Source: an uncultured bacterium (GTDB taxonomy: Bacteria > Verrucomicrobiota > Kiritimatiellia > RFP12 > UBA1067). Taken from it: a stretch of DNA of 39,273 nucleotides. The stretch spans positions 1 through 39,273 of the forward strand of contig CADCPA010000304.1 in assembly GCA_902803135.1 (NCBI GenBank). The letters are read 5' to 3'. A model generated the notes under the pieces. The model was not told the DNA's origin and did no database searches. It saw nothing but the letters and a program-made list of their open reading frames with translations. Positions 1 through 7,945 of this stretch are shown one piece after another (the stretch's first letter is position 1; the number at the start of each line of letters is the position of its first letter). The translations under genes were made by a program, and so were the position numbers.

Positions 1-296
1 AGCAGGCCGTTCGACGCGAAGATGCGCGCGACGTTCTCGACGCAGCCCTTGTTGGGGCCGTCCTGCCCGCCGTAGGTCTTCAGCGCGTTGTTGTAGTCCG
101 ACGGCCAGACGCCCTTCGACTGCAGCAGGATGTTCAGCGACGTCATCACATTGGAGACCAGTTCCTGCGCCCGCGCCTTCTGCGCCGCGCGCGTCACATG
201 GCCGAAGCCCGCGAGGAGCGCGCCCATCAGCACGCCGATGATGCCGAGCACCACCAGCATTTCAATCATCGTAAAGCCCTTGCTTGTCTTTTTCAT
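1..296 (-). CDS. Type IV pilin / type II secretion pseudopilin-like protein (3' end outside window)
   Basis: Not in the ORF track. Manual translation from ATG at 296 gives MKKTSKG|FTMIEMLVVLGIIGVLMGALLAGF..., a class III signal peptide with G|F cleavage, E+5 and a hydrophobic helix. GGAAGG RBS upstream; frame stays open to the window edge. Confidence 0.9.
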   Translation of the reverse strand, partial: MKKTSKGFTMIEMLVVLGIIGVLMGALLAGFGHVTRAAQKARAQELVSNVMTSLNILLQSKGVWPSDYNNALKTYGGQDGPNKGCVENVARIFASNGL

Positions 297-349
297 CTTC
301 GCTTGCCAACCTTCCGTTTGAATTTCGAGTCGTCGGGATTCCGTCCCCG

Positions 350-1534
350 TCAGTTGCTCAAATGGACGAAGTCGTCATGGATGTAGCCGCGGATCGTCGA
401 AATGTCGCTTGACGAGAACTGTTCGAGGTCGTACCATGGCGGGAACGTGCGGCGGTTGGCCCCGGCGGACCAGAGGCGATAGCTCTGATACGGCGGCTCC
501 GAATAGTAGTAGAAGTCCATGTGCCAGCCGTCTCGCACCGTCATGCAGTTCAGGATGTAGAGGTCGCCGCCGGACCCATTCTCGCCCGCATAGCCGTTGC
601 GCGCGTGGATGTGGAGTTCACCGTACTCGATGCCGTCGCCCGTGAAGCCCTTCGGGAGTTCGAAGTAGCCGTCGTCGTTCTCGGAGCAATGGGTGTTGAC
701 GCCGTAGAACGTGCCGCCGCCCGTGACGATGCCCTGGAGGTTCGGCATCCAGCGCGCGCAGACGCTCTGGCTCGTGAGGTTCGAAATCATGCCGGCCTCC
801 TGGTCGGTGATGCGGCCGTCTTTGTTGTTGGCGCCCATGATGTTGCGGATTTCGCCCCAGCCCGAGAACGGCACGCCCGTATCGAGACGGCTCGGCAGCT
901 GGTTGTTCACGCCCCACTGGTTCTTGCCGTTGTAGGACGTGTAGAAACCTTCGTTGCCCGAGAACATGAAGAAGTAGCGCGGGAGCAGGAAGGACATCAG
1001 GCCGAACTGGAAGAGCTGCACGCTCTCGCCGTTCCTGGTGTCGCCCCAGTTCGTGTTGCCGACGTTGATGCCGCCCGCGTTCTTGATGACGCTGAACTTG
1101 TTCTTGTACTTCGTCGTCTTGCCGTAGTAGAACGTGCACGCTTCCGAGAGCTTTTCCATCGATTCCGGCCAATGTCCGTCCGTCCGGGACGGGAAGAGCG
1201 CCGCCACGGGCTGCGCGCGGCAGGCATTGTGGATGCGCAGCGGGTTCAGCGTCGTCTGCGGCTCGTTGCCGCTCTGCTGCACGCTGTAGGTGTCCACGGC
1301 CGTGTAGATGCTGCGGCTGCGGCCCTGAAGCGGAACCGGCGGATAGGAACCGTAGGCCGCGTAGTAGCCCGAAAGCGCGTTCTCGAGGCACTGCATGCGG
1401 CGGATGGTAATCGCGCGGCGGCGGCTGTCGCTGCCGACACCCGCCAGACGGAAGACGACGCCCATGAGCGTGACGATGACCACGGTCACAATCAGCAGCT
1501 CGATCAGTGTGAATCCTTTTCGGCTCTTGTACAT
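350..1534 (-). CDS. Large prepilin-type (GspG-like) pseudopilin, ~394 aa
   Basis: Start reassigned to MYKSRKG|FTLIELLIVTVVIVTLMGV (N-methylation motif). 'LENALSGYYAAYGSYP' and C-terminal 'DGWHMDFYYY...YRLWSAGAN' resemble GspG motifs. Confidence 0.88.
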   Translation of the reverse strand: MYKSRKGFTLIELLIVTVVIVTLMGVVFRLAGVGSDSRRRAITIRRMQCLENALSGYYAAYGSYPPVPLQGRSRSIYTAVDTYSVQQSGNEPQTTLNPLRIHNACRAQPVAALFPSRTDGHWPESMEKLSEACTFYYGKTTKYKNKFSVIKNAGGINVGNTNWGDTRNGESVQLFQFGLMSFLLPRYFFMFSGNEGFYTSYNGKNQWGVNNQLPSRLDTGVPFSGWGEIRNIMGANNKDGRITDQEAGMISNLTSQSVCARWMPNLQGIVTGGGTFYGVNTHCSENDDGYFELPKGFTGDGIEYGELHIHARNGYAGENGSGGDLYILNCMTVRDGWHMDFYYYSEPPYQSYRLWSAGANRRTFPPWYDLEQFSSSDISTIRGYIHDDFVHLSN

Positions 1535-1618
1535 AGGAACTCCCAGTTCGGGATTGGGTCCGAACCGTCGCCGGCAGGGACCCGCCCCCATTTGCATCTC
1601 TGAAACCCGATCCACCGC

Positions 1619-2944
1619 TTAGGTGCCGGCGCCGGCGCCCGACACGGAGGAGATGATCTTGATCATCGGGAGGAACATGGCGATGACGATCGTACCGACG
1701 ACCACGGCGAGGAAGATGATCAGCGCCGGTTCGATGGCGGCCGTCATGCCGGCCACGGCGTTGTCGACTTCGTCGTCGTAGGTGTTCGCGACACGGGTGA
1801 GCATGTCGGAAAGCGCGCCGGTTTCCTCGCCGACCTGCACCATCGACACGACCATGGGCGGGAACACGCCGGAGGCGGCGAGCGGGTCGGTCATGGATTC
1901 ACCTTCCTTGACCGCGTCGTGCACCGTCTGGATGGCGTTGCGCACCACCTGGTTGCCGGTCGTGTCGCGCACGATGACGAGCGCCTGGAGAATCGGCACG
2001 CCGGAGGCGAGCAGCGTGCCCAGGGTACGCGAGAACTGCGAGATGGCCGTCCGCCGGATGAGGGTGCCGATGATCGGCACGCTGATGCGAAACTTGTCGA
2101 TCTGGTAGGAACCGAACTTCGTCTTGGCGAAGACCTTGTACATGACGAACAGGGCCGCCGCGCCCACGAGAATCTGAAGGCCGTTGTGCTGCACGTATTC
2201 GGACACGGCGATGACGAACTCGGTGACGGCCGGCAGGGACTGACCGCCGAGAATGTCGTTGAACACCTGCTGGAACTTCGGAATCACCGTCACGAGCAGG
2301 AAGCCCGTGATGCCGATGGCGGCGAAGAGAACGACCGCCGGGTAGATCATGGCGCCCTTCACCTTGTTCTTGATCTTCTGGGCCTTTTCCGCGAATTCGG
2401 CCAGTCGGTTCAGCACGACTTCCAAGACGCCGCCCGCTTCGCCGGCCTTTACCATGTTGACGTAGAGGTTGTCGAAGATCTTCGGATAGGCCGTGAGCGA
2501 TTCGGAGAACGTCGCACCGCCGGCGATGCCCTCGGAGATGCCGTTCAGGCAGTCCATCATGGCCGGCGCCATCTTCTGCTTCTTCAGAACCTCGATGCAG
2601 CGCATGAGCGGCAGACCGGCGTTCACCAGCGTCGCGAGCTGGCGCGTAAAGGCCGTCAGGTCCTTCGCGCTCACCTTGCCCATCAGCCACTTCGGAAGCT
2701 TGATGTTGATTTCCTTGCTGCCGAGACCGCCCTTCTTCGCCGCCTTCGCGGGCTTGGCGCCCTTCGCCGGCTTGCCCGCCTTCGCGGGCGCCGCCGCAGG
2801 TGCGCTCTTCACCTCGCCGATCGCGGTCGGAAAGAGTCCGTTCGCGCGAATCGACGCGATTGCCGAGGCGCGGTCGCCCGCCTCGATCGTTCCGCGCGAC
2901 TCCTGGCCCGCGCTATCCTTCGCAATGTACTGGAATGTCGCCAT
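1619..2944 (-). CDS. pilC: Type IV pilus / T2SS inner-membrane platform protein PilC/GspF
   Basis: MATFQYIAKD start; FTRQLATLVNAGLPL, GEAGGVLE, KVKGAMIYP, FSRTLGTLLASGVPIL, GEETGAL and IEPALII motifs; two T2SSF repeats. Confidence 0.95.
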   Translation of the reverse strand: MATFQYIAKDSAGQESRGTIEAGDRASAIASIRANGLFPTAIGEVKSAPAAAPAKAGKPAKGAKPAKAAKKGGLGSKEINIKLPKWLMGKVSAKDLTAFTRQLATLVNAGLPLMRCIEVLKKQKMAPAMMDCLNGISEGIAGGATFSESLTAYPKIFDNLYVNMVKAGEAGGVLEVVLNRLAEFAEKAQKIKNKVKGAMIYPAVVLFAAIGITGFLLVTVIPKFQQVFNDILGGQSLPAVTEFVIAVSEYVQHNGLQILVGAAALFVMYKVFAKTKFGSYQIDKFRISVPIIGTLIRRTAISQFSRTLGTLLASGVPILQALVIVRDTTGNQVVRNAIQTVHDAVKEGESMTDPLAASGVFPPMVVSMVQVGEETGALSDMLTRVANTYDDEVDNAVAGMTAAIEPALIIFLAVVVGTIVIAMFLPMIKIISSVSGAGAGT

Positions 2945-2990
2945 CTTCGGTCCTGCCTCGGTTGATTGGTTATACGTTCAAGGTTCCTGT

Positions 2991-3019
2991 ATTATACAAC
3001 AGACAATCGGTTTGCGCAA
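2991..3019 (-). promoter_or_regulatory. Sigma70-type promoter for pilC and the pilins
   Basis: Minus strand TTGCGC-17 bp-TATAAT, ~46 bp upstream of the pilC ATG. Confidence 0.65.
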
Positions 3020-3034
3020 GCAGTGTCGCGCGGT

Positions 3035-5485
3035 TCAGCGTGCGGCGCCCGGAGGGGTTGCGGACGCTTTCCCGCCGTCTTTCGCCGGCTCCTTCGCCCC
3101 CGCCGAGGCGGTCTTCCGCGCCGCGGCGATCTGGGCGAGGGTGTCCTTCACCTCGTCGGACTCCGGCAGCAGCTTCTGCGCCTTCAGGCCGTAGGCCTCG
3201 GCCTCGTCGAAGCTGCCCAGCTTCAGAAGGGCGAGCGCGAGGTTGTTCAGCACGGCCGGTTCGGACGGCTTGCGCGTGAGGCACCGCATGAGGGAATCCT
3301 TCGCCCGCGTCCACTGTTCGAGCTCGAAGTAGTTCATGCCCTCGCCGAAGTTGGCGTCGGGATCGTCGGGATCGGCCTCGAGAATCGGCTTCGCATACCG
3401 GCTCGCCAGGGCGAAGTCCGCACGCAGCAGCGCAAGCTGCAGGCCTTCGCGCGGCGTCACCTGGCGCAGCGTGGCGGCGCGGCGGCGCTCCGCAAGCTTG
3501 ATCAGACCCTTCAGGTCGCCGTTGGCGTCGTCGAGCCGGTCGGCGAATTTCTGCTCGGTCTTCGCCTGCGCGAGGTCGCCCGCGAGATCGGCCTGGACGG
3601 CCCGCAGACGGGCAAAGCGCGCGAGGCGCCACTGGATGAGCAGAAACACCTTCTTGGCGACGGCGCCAGCGGAGGCGTCGGGGCCGCCGGCCGCATAGAG
3701 ATCGAGGATGCGCGTCGCGAGCTTGTGCGCCGCCGCCACGCCGTCCTTGAGCTCGGCCTCGGGCATGCCCAGCCGCATCACCGTGCCCGAACTCGGGGGC
3801 ACCGTCTCGCCGTCGCGCAGCCACTGGGAATGGCCCATCATGAACGCGGCCTTTTCCAGACGCTCCGGTTTGTCGCGCTTCCAGGTGCGCAGCAGCGTGG
3901 CCACGCCCATGCCGAGCGCCGTGCGGTCTTCCTCGTCCGTCGCCACGCGCATCGACAGCTTCTTCTCATAGGCGGAATCGCCGCCGCGAAGGGAGAGCGT
4001 CGGGAGCTGGCGGCCCTTCTCCGCGGCCGCGAGTTCCAGCCGCGCGTCGAACACGCCGTCGGTGAACACGTACGCCGCGTCGCCGCATTCCTTCAACAGC
4101 TCCGCCATGTAGTCGTCGACGATGCCCAGCATGCGATGCGCCTTGACGAGGCGGCGGCCCGGCAGCACGCCCGCCAGCAGCACGAGCGCCACCACGCCGA
4201 ACAACCCGATTCGAGCGCGGCGGATCGACGCACGGGCCGGCTCGGCGCCTGTCTCGTCCTGCACGCGGAAGCTCGCCAGACGCACGTGATTGCGGCAGCA
4301 GGCATCCGTGCCGAGCACGACAAGGAAGTACGACACCGTAATCGCGGCCAGGAGCAGGAAGACCTGCAGCATGTAGGGCAGGCGCACTTCCGTGAGCGGA
4401 CTCCAGGTCCAGAACCAGACCTGGTGGGCCATCGAAAGCTGCGAATAGGCGATGACGCCGGAAATGAAGAAGATTCCGCCCACGTGGTACGGCAGAAACC
4501 GCTCTTCGTCGACGGCCCGCGGGAGCGTGATGCTCGACACGAGGAACGGCAGCGCGCAGAGCGCGAACGCGAAGATCCAGCCGAGGCCGCCCATCGCCTC
4601 CATGAGCACCGAGAGCCAACGCTGCGCATAGGCAATCGGCAGGCTCGACGTCAGCACCGCGCCGCCGCCCATCCTGAGGAAGCTCCAGCAGTTGAGGACG
4701 ACGCCCAATATGAAGCCGAAGCCCCAGAAGAACGTGAGAATCCACTTCGCCGTCTGCGCCGTCAGCGGGTCCAGCAGCGGCGTGTTTTCGCTCAGCGCGT
4801 CGTGGCGGAGCGCCATGTGGTAGGCAATCCAGCAGAACGTGACGAACATGATGCCGAGCGGCGTCTCGGCGGCCAGCAGGCCCAGCAGGCACATCGAGAC
4901 GTAGGCGCAGCCGAGGGTGCCGTTGAGCATGAAGACGACGAACGGCGTCAAACCGAGGATCGTGAGGAGGATCATCAGCTCTTCCGACGAGAAGGCCTGC
5001 GCCGACAGCCACACGGGATCCGCGCAGACGAAAAGGATCGCGCCGATGACTGCGGCGACGCGCTGGATGAGATACCGCCGCACCGCGAAACGGAGACGGC
5101 CGCGCACCAGAAGCGCGATGACCGTACGCAGGAACAGGTAGGTCGCGCCGGCCATGCAGCCCAGGCACAGATGCCCCAGGAGGCGAAGCATCGCCACGCC
5201 CGACGACACGCCGCCGAGGAAGAGTCCGCCCGCCAGCGTGCGCCAGAAGCCCGGGAAGATGTCCACCGGCGGACGCAGGCCCGCGGCGACCGCCGCGCCG
5301 TCCCACAGCGAGGGCACGAGGCCCGGCAGCGCGAAGACCGTCACGCCAAGGAAGGCGAGCACGCCCAGCACCGCCGCCAGAATCCAGTCCAGCAGCGTCA
5401 AGCGCTCGTTCGACAGGAACATCCGCTGAGGATGGTCGATTTCGGCAAAACCGTCGTCTTCGTCGTCGTAATATTTCTTCTTCAT
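3035..5485 (-). CDS. Polytopic membrane protein with C-terminal TPR repeats (possible GT-C/DUF2723-like glycosyltransferase)
   Basis: About 11 hydrophobic segments, then a soluble domain, then TPR-like repeats (DPDDPDANFGEGMNY, PSEPAVLNNLALALLKLG, PESDEVKDTLAQI). Start MKKKYY follows a GAGGAG RBS. Confidence 0.75.
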   Translation of the reverse strand: MKKKYYDDEDDGFAEIDHPQRMFLSNERLTLLDWILAAVLGVLAFLGVTVFALPGLVPSLWDGAAVAAGLRPPVDIFPGFWRTLAGGLFLGGVSSGVAMLRLLGHLCLGCMAGATYLFLRTVIALLVRGRLRFAVRRYLIQRVAAVIGAILFVCADPVWLSAQAFSSEELMILLTILGLTPFVVFMLNGTLGCAYVSMCLLGLLAAETPLGIMFVTFCWIAYHMALRHDALSENTPLLDPLTAQTAKWILTFFWGFGFILGVVLNCWSFLRMGGGAVLTSSLPIAYAQRWLSVLMEAMGGLGWIFAFALCALPFLVSSITLPRAVDEERFLPYHVGGIFFISGVIAYSQLSMAHQVWFWTWSPLTEVRLPYMLQVFLLLAAITVSYFLVVLGTDACCRNHVRLASFRVQDETGAEPARASIRRARIGLFGVVALVLLAGVLPGRRLVKAHRMLGIVDDYMAELLKECGDAAYVFTDGVFDARLELAAAEKGRQLPTLSLRGGDSAYEKKLSMRVATDEEDRTALGMGVATLLRTWKRDKPERLEKAAFMMGHSQWLRDGETVPPSSGTVMRLGMPEAELKDGVAAAHKLATRILDLYAAGGPDASAGAVAKKVFLLIQWRLARFARLRAVQADLAGDLAQAKTEQKFADRLDDANGDLKGLIKLAERRRAATLRQVTPREGLQLALLRADFALASRYAKPILEADPDDPDANFGEGMNYFELEQWTRAKDSLMRCLTRKPSEPAVLNNLALALLKLGSFDEAEAYGLKAQKLLPESDEVKDTLAQIAAARKTASAGAKEPAKDGGKASATPPGAAR

Positions 5486-5495
5486 CTCTCTCTCC

Positions 5496-5888
5496 TCAGA
5501 ATTCGGCGTTGCCGACAAGTTCGGGCATTTCGATCTGATTGACCGAAATGTAGCCGCACATGATCAAATCGCGGTAGGAAGGCGTGATCTTCCCCTCTTC
5601 TTCGGCCTTGCCGTTGCGCACCAGCCAGAACTGGAGATAGCTCCAGATTTCCCACTTCATGACGGAATCCGCCGTGTCGGGCAGCCCGGTCATCGACCAG
5701 ATGGATTCGGCATGCTGCGCCACGCCCGACGCGGCTTTCACGGCCTCGACCTGCTGCGCCAGGCGATAGCGCAAGGCAAACCCGTCCATGCCCGTGATCT
5801 GCCATTTCATCGGACCGGCCTCGACGCACGGCGCCGCCGCCAGCGCCGCCGCGGCCATCCAGCCACATCTTTTCAAAAGGAACGCCAT
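5496..5888 (-). CDS. Hypothetical exported protein, 130 aa
   Basis: Fills the gap between co-oriented genes; AAGGAG RBS; Ala-rich signal peptide ending VEA|G. Confidence 0.7.
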   Translation of the reverse strand: MAFLLKRCGWMAAAALAAAPCVEAGPMKWQITGMDGFALRYRLAQQVEAVKAASGVAQHAESIWSMTGLPDTADSVMKWEIWSYLQFWLVRNGKAEEEGKITPSYRDLIMCGYISVNQIEMPELVGNAEF

Positions 5889-5901
5889 CTTGCATTTCTC
5901 C

Positions 5902-7605
5902 TTAGAATCTGAACACGTTGCGATTGAATCCCGTCGTGACGATGTTCATGCGGCCGGCCTGCGTCTCCATCACGGAGGCGACCAGGTAGGTCCGCAACGA
6001 CGAAATTTTCTGATCCGCATCCGTGATGTCGAAGATTTCGCCATCGTCCCGCAGCGTGAGCTGCACGCCGTCGTTGAGGTCGAGCGTGACTTCGCCCAGC
6101 ACGCGCCGCGCGCCGTTGCGGTCCTTGACCGCCATGAACACCTCTTCGGTCATCAACGACGCGCGCATCGCGACGGTCGGCTTGACGCCGGCGGCCTTCA
6201 GCACCTCGCCGACCTGTTCGGACGCCCGGACGATCTCCTCGTCGTTCAGCGCGAGGTCGACCATCGAGATCTTCGCGTCGCGGTCCCGCGGCAGCAGCAG
6301 CGGGAACCGGGCGGCGCCATGGCGGAGGAGGAGGAAGGCCCCGAAAAGGACGAGCGCCGCCACCGGCGCCGCCGCCAGCGCGGCCCACAGTCCATACGCC
6401 CCCCTTCCGCCGCAGAGCAGCACGAGACCCACCGGCACGACGAAACCGTTCAGAACCGTCACCGCGACGGACAGTCCTTCATGGCCGACGAAGACATAGT
6501 AGGAATTGTAGAGGTAGGCAAGCGAATAGGCCACAAGTCCCGCGGCGACGAACCGCACGGCCGCGTGCGCGTCGCCGGCCAGCGCCGGATCGTCGATGCC
6601 CACCAGGCGCACGACGAGGCCGGGGAAGGCCAGCAGCAGCGCCGACAGCGCAGCCCCTTCCAGCAGGGCCAGCTTCGTGCCCATGCGCATCATCAGGCGG
6701 ATGGCCGGATAGTTCCGCTCCCCCGAATAGACGGTGACGATCGGCGCCAGCGCGTTGCCCACGCCGTTGAAGATCTCCAGGAGGCCGATCGTGACGATCA
6801 CCGTCGCCAGCACGGGCAGCATTCCGCTGCCGTAGCGGGAGATGACGAACTTGTTCAGGAAGAAGAAGAGCGCCGCCGAACAGAGGAAGGAACTGGCGTC
6901 GCCAAAGGAGGACGACACGATTCGTCCTGTGTCCTTCAGACTGAAATGGCGCACAAGGGCGAAGGAATTGGCCTTCGAGAGAAAATGCGTCGACAGCACG
7001 CCCGCCGCGACGACGTTGGCGACAATCGTGCCCAGCGCGCACCCCGCAACCCCCAGATCACGGATCGCCAGCAACGACACGGCCAGGTTGACGACGAGCT
7101 GGGCGGCGTAGCTGATGAAGCAGAGGCACGAGTTGCCGTCCGCCATCGCCACGTTCACCAGCAGAATCACACACGGCTCCAGCAGCGCCGAGGGGACGAA
7201 AAACCTCCAGTAGCGCCGCGCATATTCGGCGATTTCGGGCGAGGGGGACATGAACGCCAGGAACGGCTCGCGGAGGAAGATCAGCGCCGTGACGAGCATC
7301 AGACCGACCCCGAGGGCGGTCCACAGCCCCTGCGTGAAAATCTGCCGCGCCCGGTCCGGCGCGCACCGCCCCGATTCGAGCGCGTAGTTGACGCCCATGC
7401 CGACGCCGATCAGGCTGGCGAAGAACGTCACGACGCCCATCACCGACGACAGCAGATTGATGCCGGCCAGGGCCTGTTCGCCCAGCAGATTGCCGGCGAC
7501 CGCCGAGTCGGAAACCCCCATCAGAAACTCGACGACCGTCGCGAAACTCGCCGCGAGGAGGAGTCCCTTGAATTTCTCGATGCCGAAATAGCGTTTCACG
7601 GGCAT
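5902..7605 (-). CDS. MATE-family transporter fused to a degenerate C-terminal anti-sigma-type HATPase domain
   Basis: MATE motifs (DSAVAGNLLGEQALAGINL, LGVAGCALGT, GAYGLW) with ~12 TM segments. C-terminal 'EEVFMAV...LTLRDDGEIFD...GFNRNVFRF' is RsbW/SpoIIAB-like. Confidence 0.88.
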   Translation of the reverse strand: MPVKRYFGIEKFKGLLLAASFATVVEFLMGVSDSAVAGNLLGEQALAGINLLSSVMGVVTFFASLIGVGMGVNYALESGRCAPDRARQIFTQGLWTALGVGLMLVTALIFLREPFLAFMSPSPEIAEYARRYWRFFVPSALLEPCVILLVNVAMADGNSCLCFISYAAQLVVNLAVSLLAIRDLGVAGCALGTIVANVVAAGVLSTHFLSKANSFALVRHFSLKDTGRIVSSSFGDASSFLCSAALFFFLNKFVISRYGSGMLPVLATVIVTIGLLEIFNGVGNALAPIVTVYSGERNYPAIRLMMRMGTKLALLEGAALSALLLAFPGLVVRLVGIDDPALAGDAHAAVRFVAAGLVAYSLAYLYNSYYVFVGHEGLSVAVTVLNGFVVPVGLVLLCGGRGAYGLWAALAAAPVAALVLFGAFLLLRHGAARFPLLLPRDRDAKISMVDLALNDEEIVRASEQVGEVLKAAGVKPTVAMRASLMTEEVFMAVKDRNGARRVLGEVTLDLNDGVQLTLRDDGEIFDITDADQKISSLRTYLVASVMETQAGRMNIVTTGFNRNVFRF

Positions 7606-7862
7606 TAGGCCTGCGGCGTGCGGAGGATGCGCAGAACCTCGCCGATGGCGACGATCAGCTCCCTCGATTCGAATCGATCAATCCAGCCATCCGCCAGAAC
7701 CTTGTCGATCTTTCCCAGCAAATAGGAGAAATCGACGCCGTCGCCATGCTCTTCAAGCCAGCGCTTGAGGATCCGCGCCTCGTCCACATCGACCTTCTCG
7801 TCCTGGAGGATGCCCTTCGTCAGCATCCAGAACTCGCGGCCTTTCTCTTCTCGTGTCAGCAT
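7605..7862 (-). CDS. Small stand-alone TerB-like helical protein, 85 aa
   Basis: AAGGAG RBS and its own promoter. Two motifs, ILQDEKVDVDE and VLADGWIDRFE. TAATG stop/start overlap with the MATE gene. Confidence 0.8.
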   Translation of the reverse strand: MLTREEKGREFWMLTKGILQDEKVDVDEARILKRWLEEHGDGVDFSYLLGKIDKVLADGWIDRFESRELIVAIGEVLRILRTPQA

Positions 7863-7894
7863 GAAATTTCTCCTTGGACAATCAATGACCCATT

Positions 7895-7923
7895 ATTTTA
7901 CCATAAACCCGCTGACGAGACAA
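7895..7923 (-). promoter_or_regulatory. Sigma70-type promoter for the small TerB-like gene and MATE
   Basis: Minus strand TTGTCT-17 bp-TAAAAT with an extended -10 TG. Confidence 0.6.
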
Positions 7924-7945
7924 ACCGCAAATGAGGTCGATGCGC

